This document shows positions 37,454 to 46,591 of a stretch of 64,000 nt of DNA, in pieces. Source of the DNA: an uncultured Actinomycetes bacterium (GTDB lineage: Bacteria > Actinomycetota > UBA4738 > HRBIN12); the NCBI GenBank assembly GCA_963706005.1, contig CAVPLL010000002.1:150148-214147 (forward strand). Direction: 5' to 3'. The number at the start of each line of letters is the position of its first letter. The first letter of the stretch is position 1. The notes under the pieces are model-generated. The model searched no databases, was not told the origin of the DNA, and saw only the letters and a program-made list of their open reading frames with translations. The translations under genes were made by a program, and so were the position numbers.

Positions 37454-39119
37454 GACCGGTGGGCCCGCGCGCGTCGTCTTCCTCGGAGGTGTCGGCGAGG
37501 TCGGCCGGAACATGGCCTGCGTCGAGCTCGACGGCAGGATCTTGATCGTCGACGTCGGTCTGTCGTTCCCCCACGCGGAGATGCCGGGCGTCGACCTCGT
37601 CCTGCCGGACTTCGAGTACGTGCGGGAGCGGTTCGACGACGTCGAGGCGATCGTCCTCACGCACGGTCATCAGGACCACATCGGGGCGCTCCCGTACCTG
37701 CTCCGCGACTCCCCTCGACCGTCTCTGCCCGTGTACGGGACCGCGTTCACGCTCGCGCTGCTGCAGGGGCAGCTCGAGGAGCACGAGGTGCGAGACCGCG
37801 CCGAGTTCCGGCAGGTGACCCCCGGCGAGTCGGCCGTCGCCGGCCCGTTCTCGATGCGGTTCATCCGCGTCACCCACTCGATCCCGGACGGGATGGCCGT
37901 CGTCATCGACACGTCGTTCGGATCGATCCTGCACACCGGTGACTTCAAGATCGATCAGACGCCGCTCGACGGCCGGGCCACCGACCTGCACGCGCTCGCG
38001 GAGGAGGCGGGCCGCGGCGTGCACCTGCTCCTCAGCGACTCGACGAACGCGGAGGAGGCCGGCTACACGGAGAGCGAACGCAGCGTCGGGCCGGTGCTCC
38101 AAGACATCATCGCGCGAGCCCCGCAGCTCGTGGTGGTCGCGTGCTTCTCGAGCCACATCCATCGGATCCAGCAGGTCGTGAACGCGGCCCGGGCCGACGA
38201 GCGCGTGGTGGCGTTCCTCGGCCGCTCGATGCACCAGAGCGTCGAGGCCGCCCGGACGCTCGGGATCCTGCACGTGCCCGAGACGGACGTGATCCCGATC
38301 GAGGAGGTGGAGCACCGCGATCCGTCTCGGGTCGTCGTGATCTGCACGGGGTCGCAGGGCGAGCCGTTCTCCGCGCTCAGCCTGATGGCGGCGCGCGAGC
38401 ACAAGTGGGTCAAGCTCAGGGAGGGCGACAACGTGGTGCTCTCGTCGAGCCTGATCCCGGGCAACGAGCCCGCGATCCACCGGGTGATCGACGGGCTGTA
38501 CCGGACCGGAGCGGACGTGTTCCACCTCCCCGCGTACCCCGTCCACGCGAGCGGGCACGCCGGCGCCGAGGAGCTCCGGCTGATGCTCTCGCTCGTCCGT
38601 CCGCGGTGGTTCATCCCGATCCACGGCGAGCGCCGCCATCTGGCGCACCACGCGAAGATCGCGACCGAGGTCGGGATCGCTGCCGACCACGTCCTCATCT
38701 GCGAGGACGGCGACGTGGTCGAGGTCGGGGACAAGGTGCGGGTCGTCGACCGGGCACCGGCGGGCATGACCTTCGTCGACGGGCTGGGCATCGGCGACGT
38801 CGGGGAGGTGGTGCTGCGGGATCGTCGCAAGCTCTCGGGGGACGGTGTGGTGGTCGTCGTGGTGGCGGTCGACGCCCACCACGGGCAGGTGCTCTCGGGT
38901 CCGGACATCGTGAACCGCGGGTTCGTGTTCGACGAGACCTCGGGCGACATCCTTGAAGCGGCGCGCGAACGCGTCATGCTTTCGCTCAAGGACAGCGCCG
39001 AGGCCGAGGTCGTCGACCGAGGAGTGCTCGAGCAGAACATCCGGCGGGTCCTCGGCAAGTACTTCTACGAGGTCACGCAGCGCAAGCCCGTGATCTTGCC
39101 CGTGATCGTGGAGGTGTAG
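37437..39119 (+). CDS. rnj: Ribonuclease J
   Basis: Metallo-beta-lactamase HGHQDHIG, beta-CASP region, 560 aa. Overlaps the dapA 3' end by 17 nt. Confidence 0.9.
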   Translation: MPDSSETGGPARVVFLGGVGEVGRNMACVELDGRILIVDVGLSFPHAEMPGVDLVLPDFEYVRERFDDVEAIVLTHGHQDHIGALPYLLRDSPRPSLPVYGTAFTLALLQGQLEEHEVRDRAEFRQVTPGESAVAGPFSMRFIRVTHSIPDGMAVVIDTSFGSILHTGDFKIDQTPLDGRATDLHALAEEAGRGVHLLLSDSTNAEEAGYTESERSVGPVLQDIIARAPQLVVVACFSSHIHRIQQVVNAARADERVVAFLGRSMHQSVEAARTLGILHVPETDVIPIEEVEHRDPSRVVVICTGSQGEPFSALSLMAAREHKWVKLREGDNVVLSSSLIPGNEPAIHRVIDGLYRTGADVFHLPAYPVHASGHAGAEELRLMLSLVRPRWFIPIHGERRHLAHHAKIATEVGIAADHVLICEDGDVVEVGDKVRVVDRAPAGMTFVDGLGIGDVGEVVLRDRRKLSGDGVVVVVVAVDAHHGQVLSGPDIVNRGFVFDETSGDILEAARERVMLSLKDSAEAEVVDRGVLEQNIRRVLGKYFYEVTQRKPVILPVIVEV

Positions 39120-41317
39120 TGGCGAGCAGGACGAAGGGCCGCGGCCGAGGGAGGAAGGGGACCGCGCGCACCTCGGTCAGGAGCCACCTCCGTCCCTGGG
39201 CCCGCGACGCCCTCGGGATCGGTCTCGTCGTGCTCGCGCTGCTCGCCGTGCTCGGGCTCTGGTTCGGCTCCGCCGGACCGGTCGGGCGGGGGCTGGACTG
39301 GCTCCTGCACGCCACCTTCGGGCTGGCGGCCGTGGTCTTCCCGATCCTCGCGCTGTACTGGGGTCTGGTCCTTCTCCGCGGGACCGCCGAGCAGGAACGC
39401 CTGCGGATGTTCATCGGGTTCGCGATCGCCGCCGTCGGGGTGTTGGCGCTCCTCTCGCTCTGGCATGGGAACCCGCGGCCGTTCGGCGGCTACGAGCGGC
39501 TGAGCGGCGCCGCGGGCGCCCTCGGTGCCCTGGCCTCATGGCCGCTCGGCAAGCTCGTCTCCGGGATCGGGGTCGCGATCGTGTGGGGCGGCGCCGTCCT
39601 GCTCGGGCTGTTGATCTTCACCGGCACCCCGCTGTCCGCGATCTGGGACCGGATCGTGGACGCGTTCTCGCGCGAAGCCGACGACGAGGACCTCGACGAC
39701 GAGGAGGAAGAAGAGGAGGAGGTCACCGAGCCGCGGATCGTCCACACGAGCGACGAGTTCGCGCTGGTCGAGCTCCCCGAGGACGAGGAGCCGGAGGAGG
39801 ACCCCGACCCGATCCAGGTGCCCGCGCTCGTCCGGCCGACCGGGGGCGGGCCCTACGAGCTCCCGCCGCTCGAGCTGCTCCGCACCTCGCCGCCCTCGGC
39901 CTCGAGCGAGCGGGACGAGGAGCACCAGAAGGCCGCGCTCGAACGAACCTTCCACACGTTCGGCGTCCCGGCGCACGTCGTCGCCGCCCACCGAGGCCCG
40001 ACCGTGACGCTGTACGAGGTGGAGGTGGAGGTCGGCACGAAGGTCAACAAGGTGCTGTCGCTCGCCGACGACATCGCCTACGCGCTCGCGACGCCCGACG
40101 TGCGGATCATCGCGCCGATCCCCGGCCGCTCCGCGATCGGCGTCGAGGTGCCGAACAAGGTCCGCGACTTCGTGATGCTCGGCGACATCTTGCGCTCGAA
40201 GACGGCGATCGACGACGAGCACCCGCTCGCGGTGGCGCTCGGCAAGGACGTCCACGGGCGGGCGCAGCTCGTGAACCTCACCCAGATGCCGCACGTGCTG
40301 ATCGCCGGCGCGACCGGCGCCGGCAAGTCGAGCCTCATCAATTCGTTCATCACCTCGATCCTGATGCGCGCCGACCCCGACGAGGTCAAGCTCGTGCTCG
40401 TCGACCCCAAGCGCGTCGAGCTCGTCCACTTCGCGGACCTGCCGCACCTGCTCGTCCCCGTGATCGTGCATCCCAAGCGAGCCGCGGAGGCGCTCGCCTG
40501 GGTCGTGCGAGAGATGGAGCAGCGGTACGAGCTGCTCGCGATGGTGGGCGTGCGCGACATCGACGGCTACCGGGCGGGCCTGGAGGAGGAGACGCTGCGG
40601 ATCCCGCCCGGGCAGGAGGACCGCGTCGTCGACTTCCCGTACCTGCTGGTCGTGATCGACGAGCTCGCCGACCTCATGATGATCGCGCCGCGCGACGTCG
40701 AGGACGCGATCTGCCGGATCGCCCAGATGGCGCGCGCGGTGGGGATCCACCTGGTCGTCGCGACCCAACGACCCAGCGTCGACGTCGTCACGGGTCTGAT
40801 CAAGGCGAACATCCCGAGCCGGATCGCGCTCATGACCTCGAGCCAGGCCGACTCGCGTGTGATCTTGGACATGAACGGCGCCGAGAAGCTCGTGGGCCAC
40901 GGCGACCTGCTGTTCGCTCCCTCATCCGCCTCCAAGCCCACCCGGTTGCAGGCGGCATGGGTGACCGAGAAGGAGATCCAGGCGGTCGGGGACTGGGTCC
41001 GCGAGCAGCGCTCGGCCGAGTACGCGATGAGCGTCGAGGGCCTGGGCTCGCCGCCGGTCGAGGGCGAGGAACACGGCGGGCTCGGCGGCGACGACGACCT
41101 GCTCGAACAGGCGGCCGACCTCGTGGTCCGCTCCCAGCTCGGTTCGACGAGCATGCTGCAGCGCAAGCTCAAGGTCGGGTTCGCCCGCGCCGGGCGCCTG
41201 ATGGACCTGCTCGAGGACCGCGGCATCGTCGGGCCATCGCTCGGCTCCAAGGCCCGCGACGTGCTCGTCACGCCCGAGGAGTGGGAGGAGTCTCGCTCCG
41301 CCCGAACCGGGTCGTGA
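39119..41317 (+). CDS. ftsK: DNA translocase FtsK/SpoIIIE
   Basis: N-terminal TM helices, acidic linker (DDEDLDDEEEEEEEV), Walker A GATGAGKS, and a gamma-domain-like C-terminus (LLEQAADLVVRSQLGSTSMLQRKLKVGFARAGRLMDLLE). Confidence 0.9.
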   Translation: MASRTKGRGRGRKGTARTSVRSHLRPWARDALGIGLVVLALLAVLGLWFGSAGPVGRGLDWLLHATFGLAAVVFPILALYWGLVLLRGTAEQERLRMFIGFAIAAVGVLALLSLWHGNPRPFGGYERLSGAAGALGALASWPLGKLVSGIGVAIVWGGAVLLGLLIFTGTPLSAIWDRIVDAFSREADDEDLDDEEEEEEEVTEPRIVHTSDEFALVELPEDEEPEEDPDPIQVPALVRPTGGGPYELPPLELLRTSPPSASSERDEEHQKAALERTFHTFGVPAHVVAAHRGPTVTLYEVEVEVGTKVNKVLSLADDIAYALATPDVRIIAPIPGRSAIGVEVPNKVRDFVMLGDILRSKTAIDDEHPLAVALGKDVHGRAQLVNLTQMPHVLIAGATGAGKSSLINSFITSILMRADPDEVKLVLVDPKRVELVHFADLPHLLVPVIVHPKRAAEALAWVVREMEQRYELLAMVGVRDIDGYRAGLEEETLRIPPGQEDRVVDFPYLLVVIDELADLMMIAPRDVEDAICRIAQMARAVGIHLVVATQRPSVDVVTGLIKANIPSRIALMTSSQADSRVILDMNGAEKLVGHGDLLFAPSSASKPTRLQAAWVTEKEIQAVGDWVREQRSAEYAMSVEGLGSPPVEGEEHGGLGGDDDLLEQAADLVVRSQLGSTSMLQRKLKVGFARAGRLMDLLEDRGIVGPSLGSKARDVLVTPEEWEESRSARTGS

Positions 41318-41320
41318 TCG

Positions 41321-41707
41321 TCAGAGGGCGTTGACTAGCTCGGCCAGGAGCGCGAGCGTCTCGGCGCGCTGCTCCACGTCGACGGAGTAGGAGCCCCGCC
41401 AGATCTCGTTCGACCAGTAGTCGAAGATCGCCTCGCACGTCCAGCCTCGCTCCGTTGCGCCTCGGTAGCCGCGGGCGATCTCGCTCCCGTTCCACAGGGC
41501 GAACGGGTTCACGAGGAAGCCGCCCCGGCGCCGGTCCTCGGACAGCCACAACGCCCCCACCGGGCCCCAGAACCCGTCGTCCTGCCGGCCGCTCACGACG
41601 AGGAACCGTACGCGCCGCTCACCTTCGAGCGCGGACGATCTCGGCATCTCGGCAACGGCGAACGCGGAGGCCGAGGAGAACGTGATGGGAACCGTCGCGA
41701 CCGTCAT
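41321..41707 (-). CDS. Hypothetical protein (128 aa), Trp-rich, no recognised family
   Basis: ATG 41707 within the long ORF 41321..42190. The stop lies 3 nt from the convergent ftsK stop. GC is somewhat lower than in the neighbours. Confidence 0.45.
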   Translation of the reverse strand: MTVATVPITFSSASAFAVAEMPRSSALEGERRVRFLVVSGRQDDGFWGPVGALWLSEDRRRGGFLVNPFALWNGSEIARGYRGATERGWTCEAIFDYWSNEIWRGSYSVDVEQRAETLALLAELVNAL

Positions 41708-41839
41708 CTCGTCTCTGTTCTTCGGCAACGAGCGGTCCAGACGGTATCCCCCGGTCCGGTGGTCCACATCGGCCCTTGGTCCTAGGACCTCTCCCGATCG
41801 TCCGACCCGGTTCGCCCCCCTCTCGACCCGTTCGGTAGG

Positions 41840-42592
41840 ATGCCCGCGACCCGGCCGGGAGGTTCTTTGCAGCGAACAACGCTCAGCGTCGGCCCTGCGC
41901 TCCGGAAGGTGCGTGAGGGGCGCGACCTGACGTTGGACGAGGCGGCGCGGGATACGCGGGTGCGGCGCGAGTTCCTCGAGGCCATCGAGGCCGAGGAATT
42001 CCACCTCCTCCTCGGGGACGTCCACGTTCGGGGGTGCCTGCGGACGTACGCGACCTACCTGCGCCTGTCGCCGGACAAGGTCGTCGCGATGTACGAGGCC
42101 GACCGAGAGCCCCGGGACGAGGTGGTCGTCGTCCCGCCGCCGGTCCGCGCCGAACCCGCCCTGGGCGGACGCCGCCGCCGGGACGATCATCGCCTCTGGA
42201 TCCTGGTAGCGGCCACCGTCCTGGTGCTGGCCGGCGCGTTCGGCGTGCTCTCGGCCCGACGTCCGGCCCCGGCGCCCGCGGACCTGTCGGCAGAGACCGG
42301 GACGACGATCTCGGCCGCCGAGGTGGGCCGCCCGATCAGCGTCGCGGTCCTCGCCCGGCGCCCGGTCGAGATCACGGTGGTGGCCGACGGAGGCGACCCC
42401 GAGACGTTCGAGCTCCGCACGGACGAGGGGCGGTCGTTCGACGCCGACGCCTCGATCACGGTCAGGCTGTCCGAGGGCGCCACCGCGAAGATCACCGTGA
42501 ACGGCGTGTCGTACGGGTTCGTCGGCTCGCGTGGGGAGCCCTGGGAAGACACCTATAGCTACGACGAGCTCTCGCCGCCGCCGGGAGGCTGA
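41840..42592 (+). CDS. RodZ-like HTH (XRE-type) membrane protein with C-terminal DUF4115-like domain
   Basis: LRKVREGRDLTLDEAARDTRVRREFLEAIE, a central TM helix, and a beta-rich C-terminus. An alternative TTG start at 41867 lies 4 nt after GGGAGG. Confidence 0.65.
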   Translation: MPATRPGGSLQRTTLSVGPALRKVREGRDLTLDEAARDTRVRREFLEAIEAEEFHLLLGDVHVRGCLRTYATYLRLSPDKVVAMYEADREPRDEVVVVPPPVRAEPALGGRRRRDDHRLWILVAATVLVLAGAFGVLSARRPAPAPADLSAETGTTISAAEVGRPISVAVLARRPVEITVVADGGDPETFELRTDEGRSFDADASITVRLSEGATAKITVNGVSYGFVGSRGEPWEDTYSYDELSPPPGG

Positions 42593-42600
42593 TCCCGCCG

Positions 42601-43845
42601 GTGCGGGCCGAGATCGTCGCGGTCGGGACCGAACTGCTGATCGGGCAGATCGCGAACACGAACGCGCGGTGGATGTCCGAGCGCCTCGCCGAGCTCGGCA
42701 TCGACGTCCTGCATCACCAGGTCGTGGGCGATAACGCGGATCGGATCGTTGGCGCGATCGCCCTCGCCACCTCGAGGGCCGACGTCGTCATCGTGACCGG
42801 CGGGCTCGGGCCGACGCAGGACGACGTGACGCGGCCCGCGCTCGCGCAGGCGGCCGGCGCGCGGCTCGTCCGACACGCCGAGATCGAGGAAGCGCTCCGC
42901 GAGCGGTTCCGCGTCCGCGGCCGCGAGATGCCCGCGTCGAACCTCGCGCAGGCGGACGTCCCGGAGGGCGGCAGGACCATCACGCCGGAACGCGGTACGG
43001 CACCTGGTCTCGTCGTCCCGGTCCGCGGAGTCACGGTGTACGCGGTCCCCGGCGTGCCCTCGGAGATGCGGGAGATGATGGAGGGCACGGTCCTGCCGGA
43101 GCTCTCAGCGCTCGCGGGCACCGTGTCGCTCGTCTCGCGGACGCTCCGTTGCTACGGCCTCGCCGAGTCTCGGATCTCCGAGCTGCTCGACGACCTGTTC
43201 CACGCATCCTCGAACCCCACGATCGCGTACCTCGCCGGTGGGGGAGAGGTCCACGTGCGGCTGACGGCGAAGGGTTCGGCGGCAGAGGCGGAGGCGCTGC
43301 TCGATCCGCTCGAGGATCGCGTCCGCGAGCGGCTGGGCGACCATATCTACGGGAGGGGAGATGACCCGCTCGAGGCGGTGGTCGGACGCCTGCTCGACGA
43401 ACGGGGGCTGACCATCGCCTGCGCCGAATCGCTCACGGGCGGCGGGCTCGGCGAACGCATCACGGCGGTGCCCGGAGCCTCCTCGTACTTCCTCGGCTCG
43501 GCCGTGACGTACTCGACCGATGCGAAGCGCTCGATCCTCGGGGTCTCGTCGTCCACGCTCGACGGACCCGGGCCGGTGAGCCGCGAGTGCGCGGCCGAGA
43601 TGGCCGCCGGCGCCCGACGGGTGTTCGGTGCGGACCTCGCGGTCTCGCTCACCGGGGCGGCCGGGCCCGAGGCGCACGCCGGCGCCGAGCCCGGCCAGGT
43701 ATGGATCGCCCTGGATGCGGGGGATGCGGCCCACCAACACGGGTTCCGGTGGCCGTACGACCGTGAGCTCGTCCGACGATCGGCCGAGCTCGCCGCGCTC
43801 GACCTGGTTCGGCGGCAACTGCTCGGCCTGCCGCTCCCAGATTGA
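42601..43845 (+). CDS. cinA: CinA-family competence/damage-inducible protein (MoCF-binding domain plus nicotinamide-nucleotide amidase domain)
   Basis: MRAEIVAVGTELLIGQIANTNARWMSERL, VIVTGGLGPTQDD, and a C-terminal ESLTGG motif. Confidence 0.85.
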   Translation: MRAEIVAVGTELLIGQIANTNARWMSERLAELGIDVLHHQVVGDNADRIVGAIALATSRADVVIVTGGLGPTQDDVTRPALAQAAGARLVRHAEIEEALRERFRVRGREMPASNLAQADVPEGGRTITPERGTAPGLVVPVRGVTVYAVPGVPSEMREMMEGTVLPELSALAGTVSLVSRTLRCYGLAESRISELLDDLFHASSNPTIAYLAGGGEVHVRLTAKGSAAEAEALLDPLEDRVRERLGDHIYGRGDDPLEAVVGRLLDERGLTIACAESLTGGGLGERITAVPGASSYFLGSAVTYSTDAKRSILGVSSSTLDGPGPVSRECAAEMAAGARRVFGADLAVSLTGAAGPEAHAGAEPGQVWIALDAGDAAHQHGFRWPYDRELVRRSAELAALDLVRRQLLGLPLPD

Positions 43846-43890
43846 TGGAGCCAGACTGATGGAGCCAGACTGATGGAGCGGGACTGATGG
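43835..43890 (+). repeat. Tandem 14-nt repeat (about 4 units) spanning the cinA stop and the thpR start
   Basis: Unit TGATGGAGCCAGAC at 43843-43856 and 43857-43870. Variant TGATGGAGCGGGAC at 43871-43884, then TGATGG at 43885-43890. A degenerate copy TCCCAGATTGATGG lies at 43835-43848. Confidence 0.95.
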
Positions 43891-44465
43891 CGCGCGATCG
43901 GGCCTCGCGTCCGGAGGCGAAGCCACTCCGCCTGTTCGTGGCGGTGGAGGTGCCGGAGCCGGTCCGGGCGGCGCTCGCGGAGGCCGTCGCTCCCGTCCGC
44001 GAACGGTTCCCGAAGGCCCGATGGGTTCCGCTCGAGAACCAGCACGTGACGGTGAAGTTCCTGGGCTCGACGTACCCGCGCCTCGTCGAGTGGGTGATCG
44101 CAACGGTCGCCGAGGTCGCATCGTGCCTCGAGCCATCGGAGACGCGCGTGACGGATCTCGGGGTGTTCCCGAACGCTCGGCGGGCCCGCGTCCTGTGGGC
44201 GGGTCTCGACGAGCCGGGCTCCGCGGTGACGCGCCTCGCGGCGGGCCTCGACGAGGCGCTCGCGCGCGAGTTCGAACCGGAGAAGCGCCCGTTCACGCCC
44301 CATCTGACGGTCGCCCGCTTCGACCCGCCGGTCGAGCTCGACCCCGCGGATGTGCGCTACCGGAGCGAGCCCTTCCGGATCGACCGGATCGTGCTGTTCC
44401 GCAGCCACCTCCGGCGCCCCGCGCCGGTCTACGAGCCGCTCGGCACGTACCCGCTCGAGGGGTGA
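43887..44465 (+). CDS. thpR: RNA 2',3'-cyclic phosphodiesterase (2H family; former 2'-5' RNA ligase LigT)
   Basis: Two H-x-T-x motifs (HVTVKFLG and HLTVARF). RLFVAVEVP N-terminus. Confidence 0.85.
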   Translation: MARDRASRPEAKPLRLFVAVEVPEPVRAALAEAVAPVRERFPKARWVPLENQHVTVKFLGSTYPRLVEWVIATVAEVASCLEPSETRVTDLGVFPNARRARVLWAGLDEPGSAVTRLAAGLDEALAREFEPEKRPFTPHLTVARFDPPVELDPADVRYRSEPFRIDRIVLFRSHLRRPAPVYEPLGTYPLEG

Positions 44466-44504
44466 GGGCGGCGTCGGCCCGCTCCCGAAGATGCCCCGAC
44501 GTGG

Positions 44505-44533
44505 TTGACCTCGAACACGTGTTCGAGTACCGT
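44505..44533 (+). promoter_or_regulatory. Putative recA promoter
   Basis: TTGACC (44505-44510), 17-nt spacer that is the LexA box, TACCGT (44528-44533). Confidence 0.5.
44511..44526. promoter_or_regulatory. LexA (SOS) box, actinobacterial/Gram-positive type
   Basis: Perfect palindrome TCGAACACGTGTTCGA, matching TCGAAC-N4-GTTCGA. Confidence 0.85.
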
Positions 44534-44680
44534 CTGCGGGGTTGCACGGTTCGAACTACAGGGGTGTAATCCATGTCAGACCCTCGCGCTAGCGTTCGCC
44601 CCGGCGTCGATCGAGACGCCGAGGGGGAGCTCTCGCGGGCGGTGGCTCGCTGGGTGCGGGGGACGAAGGAGGCTTCGCGG

Positions 44681-45796
<1,116 letters not shown>

Positions 45797-45827
45797 GGGA
45801 AGGCCCGCTCGGCCCCGGCGTCCTCAC

Positions 45828-46319
45828 ATGGCCACCCACTCGTCCGCCAAGCGGCCGCTCGACTGTCACGAGCGCGCGCTCCGCTTCCTCGCCGTTCGGC
45901 CCCGCTCGCGTCGCGAGCTCGGGTCGCGGCTGCGCCGGGCCGGGTTCGAGAGCGTCGAGGTGGAGGACGAGTTGGTTCGGCTGGAGGAGGTCGGGCTGCT
46001 CGACGACGGCGCCTTCGCGCGGGAGCTCGCCGACCACCACCTGACCGCCCGCGGCAGCGGCCGCCGGGCTATCGCCGGGGCGCTGGCCGCCAAGGGCGTC
46101 TCGCGGCAGACGATCGAGGACACCTTGGCCGGGGTCGAAGGCGACGAGACGGAGCGAGCCGTGGAGGTCGCGAGGGACCGGGCCCGGCGTCTCACGAGCT
46201 TGGGGCCGGAGAAGGCCTACGCGCGCCTGGTTTCGTTCCTGGCCCGGCGGGGGTACGACGGGAGCACCTCGAGGCAGGCGGCCAGGGTCGCGCTCGGCCT
46301 CGACGGCTACGCCGACTGA
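45828..46319 (+). CDS. recX: RecA regulator RecX
   Basis: ERALRFLAVRPRSRRELGSRLRRAGF.. three-repeat helical pattern. ATG 45828 lies after the recA stop. Confidence 0.85.
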   Translation: MATHSSAKRPLDCHERALRFLAVRPRSRRELGSRLRRAGFESVEVEDELVRLEEVGLLDDGAFARELADHHLTARGSGRRAIAGALAAKGVSRQTIEDTLAGVEGDETERAVEVARDRARRLTSLGPEKAYARLVSFLARRGYDGSTSRQAARVALGLDGYAD

Positions 46320-46591
46320 GCCTGGCGCAGGCGCTCCGCCGCCGGCCACCCTTGCCTCTGCCGAGCGCACGCCGTAGGCTCTTCGGAACGAGGTTCATCC
46401 GTTGGTCAACTGTCTAGCCGTGCCTGAAACCTTGAGAAACCACTCACCACAGGGACAACACCGGATCGGAGGGCGAGAGGGGCCGCCGGCCCCGGCATCG
46501 CCCTAGTCCGCATCGTTCGGACGCACGGCCGGACGGAGCCCGATGGGCCTCGGTTCGGCCGTTGCGTGTCTTCGGAAGAGGCGGTGAACCG

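Noticed and set aside
44573-44680. ATG 44573 as the recA start (407-aa form in the ORF track).
   Set aside because: It has no SD. The 36-residue extension has no resemblance to RecA N-termini. ATG 44681 is preceded by GAAGGAGG and yields the canonical MxxxDKxxLxxxLxQIEKxFGKG start.
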